Source: Octopus bimaculoides (lineage: Eukaryota). From it: a stretch of 64,000 nucleotides of DNA. The DNA is taken from assembly GCF_001194135.2 (NCBI RefSeq), contig NC_068999.1, positions 13,086,106 to 13,150,105 of the forward strand, in the 5' to 3' direction. The notes under the pieces were generated by a model. The model saw nothing but the letters and a program-made list of their open reading frames with translations. It made no database searches and was not told where the DNA came from. The position numbers and the translations under genes are program-made. Below are positions 24,524 through 37,536 of the stretch, one piece after another; position 1 is the stretch's first letter, and the number at the start of each line of letters is the position of its first letter.

Positions 24524-25690
24524 ACTGGTCTTTATGTGTATTTCCTCTTTCCATCTGTTCAAATCTTTAGGGACAGTTCCTAATGCAGCTATACCTCATT
24601 GTTTACATTTTACGCGCATTTGCATAGTCTTTGTAATTCAATGGTTTGTGCCTGGTATGTTGCTATATTTTCTATACCTCACACATTGATTTTCTTATCA
24701 TTTAGAAATGTAAAGTCACGCATCGCTCACTTCCTTAACTCTGTTTCTACTGCTACTACCAAATCTGGCAATATATCTTCCCTTACTCTGTCAGTCTGAA
24801 TGTTAAAGTTTCACAACGTCATATATTTCTTACTTTCTAGTACTTGACTACGTTCATGTTCATGTCATCTATCAGCATGTTCAAATTCTATATCTCTACA
24901 TAGATCCCATTGGATAACTCTCCTCAGGTTATCGATTATTTTCTTATATTCTCTATGTGCAGCATGTTACATTCAATTACTCTATGAGCAAGGCGTTCCT
25001 CTCATGATTTGCATAACCTACGTCAGCAAATATTTTAGCTTTTTAATCTTAACTTTTAACCAATTAATCATTAACACTTGATCCTGTGCAGCTACTAATA
25101 ATCTTTCTGTATCCCCTTTCCTCCCTTCATTTGTACAAACATAACCATGTCTCGCATCTACTATTTGCTGCAATTATATTTGTGAATCTGCCATGCAATG
25201 CCTTCTCCTGCCAGTCAGGTAACTTCTGGTCTTGTTTCTGATTTTCAATTTCGTGTAGTATTTTTGTTTTCTCTATGTTTGCTGTGATTCTAGCAGCTCT
25301 TAGTAAACTTTCTTTGGCATTACCTACATATGAGTCTATACCTATTCTTTCTAAATCTACGCAGTCATCTACTGATATTAACGCACTTCCGCCTTCATTT
25401 CTAGGTAAGCATAATTTTTCTACTCTTGAGCTTGGGTTGAGTCTTCCATTCATATAGAATTCCTTCCTAGATGTTCTGTCTAGCTTTGCTGATTCAGCTT
25501 TCATCCAATCTATAAAAACTGTTGACTATGTAAGTAATCATACAGTTCAAGTATTTACAACCTTCACTAGATTCAGACCATTTAGATTTGACTTCATTAG
25601 CTTCCTCATCCATCTGATGTACGCCTCAATTATTGTTTTCATTTCTATATTTAGCATTCTGTCAGTTTCTAATACTCCTGGATAATTAAA
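24524..25690 (-). mobile_element. 5'-truncated R4/Dong-like REL-endonuclease retrotransposon, pseudogenised
   Basis: Ordered decayed motifs on the minus strand: FNYPGVLETD (YKYLG), LMKSNLNGLNLVKVVNT, NPSSRVEKLCLPRNEGGSALISVDDCV, WQEKALHGRF, LLVAAQDQ, RRLCKS*EE..H..EC (CCHC knuckle), NIQTD, PDLVV, GTVPKDLNRW (REL domain). Confidence 0.88.
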
Positions 25691-25693
25691 TCT

Positions 25694-25706
25694 CTACTAC
25701 TACTAT

Positions 25707-25749
<43 letters not shown>

Positions 25750-25884
25750 GCTACTACTACTACTACTACTACCACTACTGCTGTTGCTACTACTACTACT
25801 ACTACTACTACTACAACCACTACTGCTGCTGCTACTACTACTACTACTACTACTACTACCAATACTACTGCTGCTGCTACTACA

Positions 25885-25919
<35 letters not shown>

Positions 25920-26050
25920 CTTTACTGCTACTACTACTGCTACTACTACTAGAAGTAATAGTAAGAGCAGCAGCAGCAACAGTAGCAGCAGTAATAGTAG
26001 TATAAGTAGTAGTATAAGTAGTAGTAGTAGTAGTAGCAGCAGTACTACTA
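25694..26050. repeat. Compound (TAC/TGC)n array followed by its reverse complement (TAG/CAG)n
   Basis: TAC-type units at 25694-25950, TAG/CAG-type units at about 25955-26045. Confidence 0.95.
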
Positions 26051-27797
26051 GGGGGGAGGAGGAGGACAGAGTGGAGGAGAAGGCGGAAGGGGAAGGCGAA
26101 GGGTAATTTTTGCAGTATTCATTGTTTTCCTTCGTTAATATTAGCTGTGCATAATATCGCTTATATTGCATGGTAAGTGCGGTATTATTTTTTATCGTGA
26201 TCATCACCATCAGTTTTGTAACCATCAGCATCATCAATGGCGTCGCCTTCAACACTGTTATTTTTTAATATTAATATTCTTGTAACATATCATTCTTTAC
26301 AGCTATACAACCCGAAAGATATTACAATTGCCTATCTTTATTCTTTTGAACCAATTTTATTAGGATAGCTAAAAAAATATCTGTTTGGCAAGCTTTCTAC
26401 TTAAGCGATATAATGGGCATACATGAAAGCATATGTTTGTTTGATGATTCGTGGACTTACAAGCACACTTTGTAGATTCAATGACTAAATATATGGAATG
26501 TAATTCAGTATTTTTTTCATAACCATACATATGATAAAACGCAATCACTTACGTCAATACATTTCAACTAAACATTTATCAGACACAGAAATATAGTGAA
26601 GCTAAGAAAAAATAAATAACGAAATAATAAAAAGAAATGCTAGTCTAGCTCTAAAATCAACACACATACTCAACACGGAGAGAATATTATTTCAGAAAAT
26701 GTTATTCGTTTCAATGATAATAACAAATACCTTTCTCTATGTATAAATATATAACAGCAGTGTCATCTCACATGTTACATTGATAGTTCAAATAAAAGCG
26801 GGATAGAATCCAATAACGTAGGTAATACATTTTTTTTTAATGTTTTTAACATATTAACCTTCTAAAATAATAAAAAAAAATGTTTCTATATGATCAATAT
26901 TACTCTATGATCCCTGCAGAGCTTCGGGAAGCGTAATGGTAAACAGTATTTAACAGACCAAGTCGGAATTATATCTTTGTAAGAACATAGTAGATACAGA
27001 TCAAAAGAATGTTTGATCTTGAACGATGGTTCTAAGGAAATTAAGCTGACACACTTGGAGCATTGTAGATAATACACGTGGCATTATGGAATTGTAGTTC
27101 TGATTTGAATACTTTCCCAACAGTATTAAATTTCGTGTATGCAATATCACAAATAATTTCACAACCGTATACAAAGAGACGAAAGCAAATGCGTGTGGCC
27201 AAAAACATTCATACATACATACAAACATAGATATATACATCCATACATACACGTATCTATACACACACGTACACAAACACACACACCTACTCACACGCAC
27301 GCACACATACAGAAATACATACATACCTGTACACATACATGTACACATACATATAGTGAGAACTAAAGACATATTAAATAAAATACGACGCATAACTTCT
27401 GATTTATTGAAATATTGTATGGATCCGGAAATGGTTGTACAATCGCTTTCTAGCAATTTCCATCAAATCCAAATAATTAGGAGATATAGAATGAAAGACG
27501 AATATTTTTCCAAAATCAAAATTTGGTTATGTAGAAGTGTAATTGTTCCAAGGCAAGTTGACAGCTTGTAACTTTTATTTGATTATTTCATTAGATCGCG
27601 GCTGTAAGCGACTATACTATGGCGCTGCCTTCAATACTGTTAGTATATCTTCTCAAGTTCGGTACCGTTTGAAGCCATTTATTTTTATTGGCAAATCGCT
27701 ACACATCGAGGCGTCAAAAACACAAACGCCGATTCTGAAGCGTTTATGAAGAACAGAATAGATTCAAGAGAGCAGAATCATGCACGAGGACGGAAAG

Positions 27798-27840
27798 TGT
27801 TGCTGAAGAGGTCACACATGTGCGAAAAGAGACTTTCAGA
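27798..27840 (+). ncRNA. Third hammerhead-like motif, degenerate
   Basis: UGUUG CUGAAGA G GUCAC-ACAU-GUGC GAA AAG-AGA-CUU U CAG. Core intact, stem II shares GGUCACA..UGUG with the 6.7 kb motif, stem III is 3 bp, stem I is only about 3 bp. Confidence 0.4.
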
Positions 27841-28624
27841 TAATAACCATGAGTTATAATAAGAACAGTAATAAACGAGGGACGAACAAATATATATTGC
27901 TTGTGTTTATTTGGTAAAATAATGTCCTTCCCGAAAAAAAACACAACAATATTATAATACACACATACACACAGACCCACACATATGTACATATGTACAT
28001 ATATATATATATATATATATATANNNNNNNNNNNNNNNNNNNNNNNNNNNNNNNNNNNNNNNNNNNNNNNNNNNNNNNNNNNNNNNNNNNNNNNNNNNNN
28101 NNNNNNNNNNNNNNNNNNNNNNNNNNNNNNNNNNNNNNNNNNNNNNNNNNNNNNNNNNNNNNNNNNNNNNNNNNNNNNNNNNNNNNNNNNNNNNNNNNNN
28201 NNNNNNNNNNNNNNNNNNNNNNNNNNNNNNNNNNNNNNNNNNNNNNNNNNNNNNNNNNNNNNNNNNNNNNNNNNNNNNNNNNNNNNNNNNNNNNNNNNNN
28301 NNNNNNNNNNNNNNNNNNNNNNNNNNNNNNNNNNNNNNNNNNNNNNNNNNNNNNNNNNNNNNNNNNNNNNNNNNNNNNNNNNNNNNNNNNNNNNNNNNNN
28401 NNNNNNNNNNNNNNNNNNNNNNNNNNNNNNNNNNNNNNNNNNNNNNNNNNNNNNNNNNNNNNNNNNNNNNNNNNNNNNNNNNNNNNNNNNNNNNNNNNNN
28501 NNNNNNNNATATATATATATATATGCATATCTATTTGTATATATATATATGTACACATGTGTCTGCGTGTATGTATGTATGTATGTATGTATGTATGCAC
28601 GTTTGCGTATTTATTTTTGTGCGG

Positions 28625-29390
28625 TGGTTTTGCTATTCGTTGTAGCCATTGGAATGCGGCCGTGAAGGCGTTCCGCTTTTGGGAAATGTATCGAAATAAC
28701 CGGCATCAATGCTTCTATTCCTTCGAAACCGCGTTCCTATTTTATCGATTTCTTTTGAAGAAAAGCCATGTTACGGGTCTGAGCACACTAACCCTGGTTC
28801 TCAAGAGGTGTGGAGACGAAGATAGACATAGCAACATACATATATAAACACCTACTCACACACATATGTACATGCGTATATACATACATACATACATACG
28901 TATATACATACACACACACATACACACATACACACACGCATATGCATACACGCGTACACACAAACATGCCTACANNNNNNNNNNNNNNNNNNNNNNNNNN
29001 NNNNNNNNNNNNNNNNNNNNNNNNNNNNNNNNNNNNNNNNNNNNNNNNNNNNNNNNNNNNNNNNNNNNNNNNNNNNNNNNNNNNNNNNNNNNNNNNNNNN
29101 NNNNNNNNNNNNNNNNNNNNNNNNNNNNNNNNNNNNNNNNNNNNNNNNNNNNNNNNNNNNNNNNNNNNNNNNNNNNNNNNNNNNNNNNNNNNNNNNNNNN
29201 NNNNNNNNNNNNNNNNNNNNNNNNNNNNNNNNNNNNNNNNNNNNNNNNNNNNNNNNNNNNNNNNNNNNNTATATATATATATATATATATATATATGGAT
29301 TCGATACAACCCAGAAAATAATATAAGACCCTTGCCTAAATTGCCTTGCAAAATGACTCGGAAACAAACGTGGCTCCATAAAATGAGACC
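28625..29390 (-). mobile_element. Degenerate family 1 SINE with expanded internal microsatellite spanning a gap
   Basis: Tail/body at 28625-28830 (gtagccattggaatgcggcc...ttacgggtctgagcacac), TACA/CA tract and N-run 28975-29269, head-like remnant agacccttgcctaaattgcc...gactcggaaacaaacgtggct at 29325-29380. Confidence 0.5.
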
Positions 29391-30552
29391 CGCGCATTTG
29401 TGTTCATATATGCAGAGGCATAGAAAACTGACAATTATATGAGCTTATATACACTCAGATGTTTGATGTTGTGCACGCACGGTCAAATTTATTAACAAGC
29501 AGTATTTCTCAGATTTGCAGAAATGAGTGTTATCTCGTAATTGTATTGATAAATGCCGCCAGTCGTGTAAGTTGAATTACAGTTGTAAAAGAACGTTCCT
29601 AAACACCATCATGGACTATATTTGACATGAGATTATCTCCTCTAGTACGACTTCGTGCACAATGCTAAGATGTTCTAACATTAATATTTGATAACATCTT
29701 TTGTGTTACAAAATATTACTCACGTGTTATAGTATCAGATTGAAGTAGATAAACGTTACTGCGGCATGTGATGTTGGATTCATTGTAGATCTCGTTATAA
29801 TGCTCCAGCGAAATTTACTCTACGTTTCTAATTCTATTCTCAAACAGTAAATGTCACTTCTAGTCACATTAGATAGATTAAAGCATGAACTAAGAATATA
29901 GGCGTAGTGTCACGTTTAAGGTCATTCGACTAAGTAGGAAAGACGGTGTTTTTTAAGTTCAGAAGTGGGTAAGTCTTGGGTATGCTGTAGTTTGGCCATT
30001 CATAATGAAGCTAAGAATCAGGTACTGTTATACATCTGTACGATCGTCCACCAGCAAAGTTATTTCATCGATGTGCACGTAATAACTTTCCGCCTTTCTA
30101 TTTCCATTCATACCTCTTCGTTTTATCGAATCTATGGAAGGGAATGTTTTGTCAAGATTCCTTGCGATAAGTATATGCTCGAAAGACATGAACTCCAAAT
30201 GAATTCCCTAAAAACACATAGGAAGTCCGTGCTGAAGTGAAAATCTGCTAATCGACTAATTTCATAACACATTGTTACTCGATGCTAAAACCAGTCAAGC
30301 ATATGACTAAGTTTCACAGCATTGCTTCGGTTCTGTTACTCATTCAATGTCATTTTTTTTTCTGTTATCTCCCTTGCACCAGAGACAATGTATCATACCA
30401 ATAAAATACTAGGTCCGTTCAATCCCTCGGAAGCTCGTGTCACTGAAATCCAAATCTCTCTTTCTATATATATCTGCCTCTGATCCATTCTCTGCCTCTG
30501 TCTGTCTGTCTATGTCTGTGTATCACTTTCTGTCTGTCTGTCTCTCGCCCCC

Positions 30553-30553
30553 C

Positions 30554-30598
<45 letters not shown>

Positions 30599-30750
30599 GG
30601 AAATCGGAAATAAAAGAGCTGCTATATTTTAAGATATACGATCCAACCACTTGCCTATGAGCTGTTTTAGATGGGTTTAATATTTCTGTTTCGGTGTTGA
30701 ACTGTTTTATGGATGGGTTCTCTTTTGTTTGTTTGTTTGTTTGTTTGTTT
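30553..30750. repeat. (CT)n tract and nearby (TTTG)n tract
   Basis: (CT)n at about 30553-30598; (TTTG)n at about 30726-30750. Confidence 0.9.
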
Positions 30751-31238
30751 GATGATACTCACACTTAGCTTGTACATTAGATACGATTATAAATAATAAA
30801 CTTTTCATCACTTTGGATTATTCCACCCGGGATAGGTTCAGTAGCAATTTTCAATAGAATGGCAAACAGCGAAACGATTAGATGATGCGGATACCGTGAC
30901 GTAGGATGAGTTTTTTACTAGTTTACTAGGTTTTGACCGAAATGTGCATTCAGTTGAACTTATTTGATGATTCGCGTGACGATTTTCAGTGTCAAATATG
31001 AAATCTTGATTAAACACATTTTAGATAGGTACAATCGATATTAACGTAATCAGTATTGTACTTAGTAATCTGCAAAGAAAGAGAGAAAAAAGTAGCAGGT
31101 AAAACTAAATTCTGTTATTAACGTACATATCGAAAACATACCATAATAGTAATCATCAGAAAAACGTGATAGGACTTACTTTCCAATATAATATGGGAGT
31201 GCATGCATATTTGTTTGTCTGGGGCAGAAGGAGAATGG

Positions 31239-31270
31239 GGAGGAGGAGGAGGAGGAGGAGGAGGAGGAGA
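31239..31270. repeat. (GAG)n microsatellite
   Basis: Directly visible. Confidence 0.9.
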
Positions 31271-32160
31271 TTGAATGGCTAAGGATATTTACCATGCATT
31301 ACTGCGTGTGAGCTTGTGTGTTACGTGTGTTTATGCATGTTCAAATATGNNNNNNNNNNNNNNNNNNNNNNNNNNNNNNNNNNNNNNNNNNNNNNNNNNN
31401 NNNNNNNNNNNNNNNNNNNNNNNNNNNNNNNNNNNNNNNNNNNNNNNNNNNNNNNNNNNNNNNNNNNNNNNNNNNNNNNNNNNNNNNNNNNNATATTCTT
31501 CCATAAATCTAAGTGAAAACTCATCCACCAGGCAGAGCATCTAAATATATATATTCGTAGTCATAGTCACATGCCATTGTACATTACCAATCTCATTCTT
31601 AGCACCTTATTTATCAACTTTATTCCAAACAATTAATTCTTTAATTTATATTTAAAACTTAACCTCACAGATCCCCTAATTTTTATTAATAAATAATTTA
31701 ACAATTAACACATTTTTCAAAACGCATCCACCTTTTCCATTACCCACATCCCGTTAGCTAAGATTATAGTTATCGCCACCAAAGTTGATAATAAACAGAC
31801 GCCTACACTTATTTCCTGCCCCACTCCAATAACACGAAGTACAACACAACTGTCTACTGTCTGTCTGAATCCCATATAGCTAGGTTATTCGCGTATTTAT
31901 TTTACTTTACTTAATCTTGTATTTCTTACTTTATCTGCCTTACCTTCAGTGTTCATTTATCTTTAATCTATTTTTGTTTATATTGATTATTATATTTATA
32001 TATTTTTATATGCTTCGGCAATTCCATGTCGACTGCTTTTCTCTCTGTAAATCTGACAACCGTCTCTACTTATTATTCTACTTGTTTCCCTTTTTTCCCT
32101 CACTACCCTCACACACCATGAAACTAACTCTCTCCCCTCTCACTCTCTCTCTCTCCCCTA

Positions 32161-32195
<35 letters not shown>

Positions 32196-33354
32196 GCTTA
32201 CTTCTCTCTTTATCCCTTAATAGCGAATTCCTACCATCTATAATGAATCATTGACATGGAAGTCTTACTGGACATCTATGATATGAGGAATATTATCTTA
32301 CCTGAATTCATATTGGATTGTACCTAAAGACTCATGGATTAGCACCTGCATTATCAGAAACTTAAACTGTGAAATGTTATATATTTTACTTTTTTTCTCT
32401 TTTTTAATCTTGTCTTTTTCTTTATTTCTCCAGTCCTTTACTCCATCGTTCTCGTAAGCTATACCTTTTCTATTTCTCACCATCTTTCTTCATTCAACAT
32501 GTTTTGGGGATACCCCAGAAACAGCTATAATAATTTCTAACAATAATAACAGATATGACTTGATATGTCATGCCTTGGTGTTTGCATTCCCTCGGAATAC
32601 GATGTAGAAGACATCCAACAACTGAGGAATGGTCATATTTCCGTTCTGCTTGTATTGTTTTCCTTTTGTTTCTTTCGTTCTTCGCAAAAAAGTTCGTATT
32701 GTATATTGTATTTCGTATTTCATTTATATTTTATTTATTTCAATTTCAATTATACAAATAGTACTGATTATGAAATTCTAGTGAATAGTAAATTATATAT
32801 TACATATTAAAACATGTAATGTCATTTATAATTAATTTTACATAAATAGAAGTAATTACATTATGCACATGTATATTTACTGATGTATAATTTGTAAATT
32901 ATGAAGGAATAATTAAAAGAAGTTAAACGATTTACTTCCTACTGTGTCTGGGATTAATTAGATATAAATCATTTGTTTAACAGCATTTCATTTGTCATAA
33001 CATCATTTCCAGACATATATGTTTTCAAGGTGCGTATTCGAGAAATCATTTCGTCTGTGATTATGTAGCTTTTAAATTCGGTGAATTGTTACTAATATAT
33101 CGTGTAATGAAAATGATTACTTAGAATTATATCAGTTCAGCGGGTAGCAACGTAAGTTTCATCGCGCATGATCTCGTGTACAGTTTAATATTGTTTCAGT
33201 ATGACTCTTGTTAAATTACAATTGATTTTTTGTTCTAATAACAATTTTTTCTTATAAAACGTTATAAACAATAGAAATACATTAATTATATAAATAATGC
33301 AGTCCCTCTCCACACATAACCTACCGGCCATATATATGTATGTATATATAGTCT

Positions 33355-33555
33355 TTTTACTCTTTTACTCTTTCACTTGTTTCAGTCATTTGATTGCTTC
33401 CATGCTGGAGCATCGCCTTTGGTCGAGCAAATCGACCCCAGGACTTAATCTTTTAAGCCAACTACTTATTCTATCGGTCTCTTTTTCCGAACTGCTAAAT
33501 TACGGGGACGATAACACACCATCATCGATTGTCAAGTGACGTTGAGGGACAAAAA
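33355..33555 (-). mobile_element. Family 1 SINE 3' half
   Basis: (ttttactc)n tail, then ttgtttcagtcatttgattgcttccatgctggagcatcgcc...aaatcgaccccaggactta...ttacggggacg, alignable to 20060-20240. Confidence 0.8.
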
Positions 33556-33664
33556 TTATGTATACAGTTATAGAATATTTTGTATAATTTATCAAGACAG
33601 GTCTTTTTAACGTACGGACTACATGGTAACATTATTAATTACTTAAGTAATTAATTTTACCCTC

Positions 33665-33696
<32 letters not shown>

Positions 33697-33831
33697 GATA
33701 GATAAGTGGATATACATATATAGATATGTATATATAAATAAATATATATATGTATATGTGTGTGTGTATAGATATATGAGATAAATAAATATAGATATAT
33801 ACATATCTATGTCTCTACTTATGCATGTATG

Positions 33832-33864
<33 letters not shown>

Positions 33865-34277
33865 ATNNNNNNNNNNNNNNNNNNNNNNNNNNNNNNNNNN
33901 NNNNNNNNNNNNNNNNNNNNNNNNNNNNNNNNNNNNNNNNNNNNNNNNNNNNNNNNNNNNNNNNNNNNNNNNNNNNNNNNNNNNNNNNNNNNNNNNNNNN
34001 NNNNNNNNNNNNNNNNNNNNNNNNNNNNNNNNNNNNNNNNNNNNNNNNNNNNNNNNNNNNNNNNNNNNNNNNNNNNNNNNNNNNNNNNNNNNNNNNNNNN
34101 NNNNNNNNNNNNNNNNNNNNNNNNNNNNNNNNNNNNNNNNNNNNNNNNNNNNNNNNNNNNNNNNNNNNNNNNNNNNNNNNNNNNNNNNNNNNNNNNNNNN
34201 NNNNNNNNNNNNNNNNNNNNNNNNNNNNNNNNNNNNNNNNNNNNNNNNNNNNNNNNNNNNNNNNNNNNNNNNNNNNN

Positions 34278-34317
<40 letters not shown>

Positions 34318-35039
34318 AAATATCGCGTATATTTCTATGATCTCCATTCTAATAATACGGTACAACGCTGAGGTAACTTCCAGCATGTTCAGTAGTTTGA
34401 AAACTAAATGATAAATCGCAATATAATTACTTCTACCACTATTATTATTACATGTCTTGTTTAAAAAACGTGTTCCATGCGAACAAAAATATCACACTAC
34501 TTTTAAAATCGTCTTTAACTTATCTTCTCACACAGAACGTATATGATTATAGAAAATCGTTTTGTTTACGTGTTACTATTTTTATTGTTTGCTGGAAATT
34601 AATCTAAAGCGCTACGCTTTAGGAAAAATGGTACTCCAGATTTGTATTTTAAAATTCCAGAAAGAAAACTTAGGCAACTTTCATTTAGCATCTTCTTTAT
34701 AGATTTTTTTTTCATTCTGTTTCGATAGATATGGTGCCAGTCTAACGGCATCACAGACTTGCTAGACAACGTGTTCAATCGATTGCCGTTACTTAATATG
34801 AATGATCTATAACGAGACCTATTTAATTTTCAATGTATCATTTTTCTTTGCCGAGATGACATACGATAGCAAGATTTTTTCTTCTGACTCTGAAGAATAT
34901 CCTGCAAATTATTTAATTTCAATGTATATGTATATTCCGTGGCTCAGTTGAAATATTCCGAAATTAGCGTTGATCTTGTCGAGAAATAATTTTATTCTTT
35001 GTGTTTCAATTGCAAATTCTGTAAAAGATGCGTGGTATA

Positions 35040-35570
35040 CGAGGGTGAGTCAAAAAGTAATACTATTTTGTTTAGGAAAAGTATAATTACCAACACAGGA
35101 ACATGTATCATACATGAAAATGAAGCTGGCCCTCTGTGGATCATACCCCCGCTTCTCAACATAGTCACCGTTTCTCTCAATAGCAATGTTCCACCTTCGA
35201 ATGAGAGCATGTCTCCCTGCCCCGTAAAATACTGCTGACTGTTCTTTGAGCACACTTATCACTTCGTCATCACTGGAATAATATTTGCCTCTCAAACCCT
35301 CTTTCTTGGTGCCTAATAGATGATAGCCTGAGGGCGCTAAATCTGATGAGTATGGAGGTAGTGAAGAACAGTGAACATAATTTTACGGGACTGTTATACA
35401 TGCTCCATTTCGAAGTTGGAACATTGCTATAGAGAAAAATGGTCACTATGTTGAGAAGTAGGGATGTGATCCACAGTTGTCCAGCTTCATTTTGTTGTAT
35501 GATATATGTTCCTGTCTTAGTAATTATACTTGTCCTAAACAAAATGGCATTACTTTTTGACTCACCCTCG
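35040..35570. mobile_element. Non-autonomous mariner fold-back element (531 bp) made of two 3' ends; TA target duplication
   Basis: TA|CGAGGGTGAGTCAAAAAGTAAT ... ATTACTTTTTGACTCACCCTCG|TA, with about 205-bp inverted arms. The minus strand reads PPYSSDLAPSGYHLL..LRGKYYSSDDEVI..RWNIAIERNGDYVEK, the mariner YSPDLAPxD C-terminus. Confidence 0.93.
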
Positions 35571-35654
35571 TACATACGAAAACAGAAAAAAAATATGAAT
35601 GTGGTTTCAAAATTCTGAAAACTTTTGTAGCGATATATTTATATATTTATTTGT

Positions 35655-35912
35655 CTTTTATCCCTTACTTGCTTCAGTGATTAGATTGCGGCCATGGTGG
35701 AGAAACACGCTGAACAATTTTTAGACAAATGCACCGACACCAGTACTGTTTTTATTTTCTTTTTGAGCCGGAGACTATGGGTCTCTCTTGCCGAAACACT
35801 AACTTTGGTGATGTAAAGGAACCAGCAACGGTTTCCAAAGGGTGGTGGGGGACAAACATAGATACACATTTACACACACACACACACGCGCGCGCGCACA
35901 CACACACACACA
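35655..35912 (-). mobile_element. Family 1 SINE 3' half ending in a CA tract
   Basis: ttacttgcttcagtgattagattgcggccatggtggag...gggtggtgggggacaaacatagatacac(ac)n, alignable to 33355-33555. Confidence 0.75.
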
Positions 35913-37502
35913 CCCTATACGGATCTCACTGAGCGGACTCGTTGGCATATGAGCAGAAAATACTCTCTCGCATTGCGTTTCTATTTACATTCGTTCTGTT
36001 CAGTTTATATCGCAGACCAATCATTGATGAACAAAGGAACTATATTCATAGGAATATTGAAACCAAGGTTGAATATACTATAATTAAATTCACCAAAATC
36101 CCATCACACACAAACTTATTCTGGCGTTTGACACGTTGAATTTATGGACGTAACAACCTAAAATATGGGCATAATCATAAGATTTTTCCGTAAGACATTA
36201 GTGCATAAATTTTGTGTAGAATGAGATATGATACCAACGCACATAGTTACAAACTGTACTAATTCAACCACTGGGCTACATAGAAATAACTCGTCACCAC
36301 TCATCCACTTCATAGATTAAATTTAGAGTGTCTTTTGTGAATGCAACTAGACTCAAGTGCGTCAGTCTCAATTCGTTCAAAAAATAGTTATATGCTATTA
36401 ACGCACAGACATAATGGGCAACCTACAAAACGTCCTTTGTATAATCATACATAATCCTCGACTACACTTGGTAGGTTGAATTTGGACATCCAACAATGTT
36501 GTGAATTGTCACTAAATAGATTCAATCAACCGTAACTGATTTAACTTACGGCGCCAAACATGTTGTAAGGTTACATTAATGAATGGACTTAGCAGGGAAG
36601 TTTCAAAATCTAATAATGTGATAATCCTCTGCCAATAAACTCGTAACCAAAACAGTTACTATGAGGAGCCATTTTCTCTCTATAAAAAGAGAGACTTTTA
36701 AATCGAATCAGAAGCATGATATTTGCAGCATAGCAATCCCAATTTATGAGAATCAAACACATCTATTAAACTATTTAGGTCTTTATACATTTAAAAAAAT
36801 AGTAAACGGATCCCAGTCTATGAACTTCACACACACGCGCACACACACACAGACACACAGACACACACACACACACACACACACATACAGAGAGAGACAG
36901 AGCGAAGGGTGAAACTTTGAGAGCTAGGTATATGTAAAAAAAANNNNNNNNNNNNNNNNNNNNNNNNNNNNNNNNNNNNNNNNNNNNNNNNNNNNNNNNN
37001 NNNNNNNNNNNNNNNNNNNNNNNNNNNNNNNNNNNNNNNNNNNNNNNNNNNNNNNNNNNNNNNNNNNNNNNNNNNNNNNNNNNNNNNNNNNNNNNNNNNN
37101 NNNNNNNNNNNNNNNNNNNNNNNNNNNNNNNNNNNNNNNNNNNNNNNNNNNNNNNNNNNNNNNNNNNNNNNNNNNNNNNNNNNNNNNNNNNNNNNNNNNN
37201 NNNNNNNNNNNNNNNNNNNNNNNNNNNNNNNNNNNNNNNNNNNNNNNNNNNNNNNNNNNNNNNNNNNNNNNNNNNNNNNNNNNNNNNNNNNNNNNNNNNN
37301 NNNNNNNNNNNNNNNNNNNNNNNNNNNNNNNNNNNNNNNNNNNNNNNNNNNNNNNNNNNNNNNNNNNNNNNNNNNNNNNNNNNNNNNNNNNNNNNNNNNN
37401 NNNNNNNNNNNNNNNNNNNNNNNNNNNNNNNNNNNNNNNNNNNNNNNNNNNNNNNNNNNNNNNNNNNNNNNNNNNNNNNNNNNNNNNNNNNNNNNNNNNN
37501 NN

Positions 37503-37536
<34 letters not shown>

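Noticed and set aside
26915-26940. SFGKR neuropeptide-like string
   Set aside because: Single occurrence with no signal peptide or repeated cleavage sites.
32302-32345. Minus-strand splice-flanked VLIHESLGTIQYEF, faintly like the ACE HEMGHIQY motif
   Set aside because: It lacks HExxH spacing and has no supporting neighbouring exons.
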